64,000 nt of DNA, taken from the NCBI GenBank assembly GCA_027474245.1, contig CM049887.1, forward strand, positions 20,815,762-20,879,761. The letters are read 5' to 3'. Of this stretch, positions 62,937-64,000 are shown in pieces. This DNA comes from Spheniscus humboldti. Lineage: Eukaryota. Below the pieces are notes generated by a model, which saw only the letters and a program-made list of their open reading frames with translations, ran no database searches and was not told the origin of the DNA. Numbering within the stretch: position 1 is the stretch's first letter; each line of letters starts with the position of its first letter. The translations under genes were made by a program, and so were the position numbers.

Positions 62937-63682
62937 CTGCAATGGAGAACATTTTCAGGAAATAAGTACGATTCAGGCTGAGGAGTTACAAGAGATACTT
63001 AAGTGATAAATTCCTTGAAAACGTACTTTTGTAGTCGAAATACAGCAAACAACAAGACTACAAGTCAAATAGCAGACTACAGAGCAATGCATTAGCAAGT
63101 ACAGCTGGATAAAGACCTGGGGAATGCTAACGCTTTCCCACCTAGCCCTTCCAGGAGGTTACCTGGAATTGTCTATCACTATTCAGGAACCCCAGCAGCA
63201 GGCAGCCTGACAGAACATTTTGACCTCACTACAAATTAAATCAGAGCCCAGTGCATTTTCTGGTAAAACTGTAGGCAAATGTATTTCGGAGTTGAAGAAG
63301 GGAATGCAATGGCACACCAAGGCCAGCTCTCATATCTACAAAATGCTGCTCAGCAACAAGTTAAGGAAGAGCAAACTGAGCAGGTGTAACTTTTTTTTAT
63401 GTGACTGATTTGGCTTGCTCTCACAGTCTTTTGCAACTTTTTCAGTTTGCTGTTGCACACTCTACCCCAAATACAATGCAATCCACTCTTTTTTATCTAA
63501 TCGTCCCTCAATTTTTAACGCGATTTAATTAGGCCATTAGGCTTCATCAGCCAGGTTCACGCTGCAATCTGAAGTGCACACACACAAATGAATAATGGGA
63601 AAAGAAAAAGGATTTTATCGCTCCGCTGAGATAAGGAGTCATTATTTAGCCAGTCAAAGAAACACTTGTATCTCCAAGGAAC

Positions 63683-63717
63683 CTTGGCCATCCGCACTTC
63701 CCTTCACAGGAAGGAAA
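63683..63717 (-). CDS. Candidate penultimate-2 exon of an unidentified convergent minus-strand gene: (F)FLPVKGSADGQ(V)
   Basis: Minus-strand acceptor tttttctgtcctcaacttacag| and donor |gttcct. It leaves one base over, which combines with the 'ta' that opens the next exon to give a Val codon. The open frame also continues upstream, so the true acceptor may lie farther 5'. Confidence 0.3.
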
Positions 63718-64000
63718 CTGTAAGTTGAGGACAGAAAAATTCTGAAACGCCTGGGAAACCTGCCAAACGCCAAGGCTCCCAAATGGCTCTTTTGCACAGG
63801 GGCAGTGTGATACATAAGGACAAGCAAGAAGGCTGAATTCCCAACAGCTACATGGTCAAGACAAAATGTCAGCTGGATAGAAAAATCCAACTTCGAGTCA
63901 AACTTAGAAAAAATTAATGAAGTGTTTTTTCTGTTACTACTATTGTTTTTCTGATAAAAGAGTTTTAACTGTATTGTCTTTTTTAGATTTTTTGAGTAAA

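Noticed and set aside
1-64000. Looked for a prokaryotic-style novel system (defence islands, CRISPR arrays, operons, toxin-antitoxin pairs, integrases)
   Set aside because: The sequence is unambiguously vertebrate: spliced genes with GT/AG introns, a CpG-island promoter, CR1 LINEs, AT-rich introns. No direct-repeat/spacer arrays or densely packed co-oriented ORFs are present.

Overview
This window is vertebrate, most likely avian (chicken-like), nuclear genomic DNA; it is not prokaryotic. The whole window is organised around two protein-coding genes on the + strand, each read through spliced exons with GT/AG boundaries and consistent codon phases. (1) The 3' portion of PARP4 (vault poly-ADP-ribose polymerase) runs from about 6980 to a stop at 29944-29946. 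It includes the vWA domain with its DxSxS MIDAS motif, a large 693-nt Pro/Ser-rich exon, and the C-terminal MVP-interaction exons. (2) The complete coding region of MPHOSPH8 (MPP8) runs from an ATG at 32522, inside a very GC-rich CpG island, to a stop at 56891-56893. Fourteen exons were reconstructed, covering the chromodomain, a K/E-rich linker and four ankyrin repeats. The two genes lie head-to-tail only about 2.5 kb apart. At least ten CR1 (chicken repeat 1) LINE copies or fragments are scattered through the introns. They include a notable cluster at 1-5691: a CR1 whose 3' terminus carries an inverted, nested second CR1, and a near-identical direct copy 4.4 kb downstream. Other observations: a decayed tandem duplication of the large PARP4 exon; an MPHOSPH8 promoter with duplicated NF-Y boxes, an Sp1 GC box, a cell-cycle CHR element and a small uORF; recurrent T4G4-like G/T tracts; and, on the minus strand at the 3' end of the window, three phase-compatible exons ending in a stop that encode a PH-domain-like peptide of a convergent gene I cannot identify. 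I found no defence system, CRISPR array, operon, tRNA or rRNA gene. Most ORFs longer than 60 aa in the supplied track are CR1 ORF2 pieces, antisense artefacts, or GC-rich or low-complexity artefacts.
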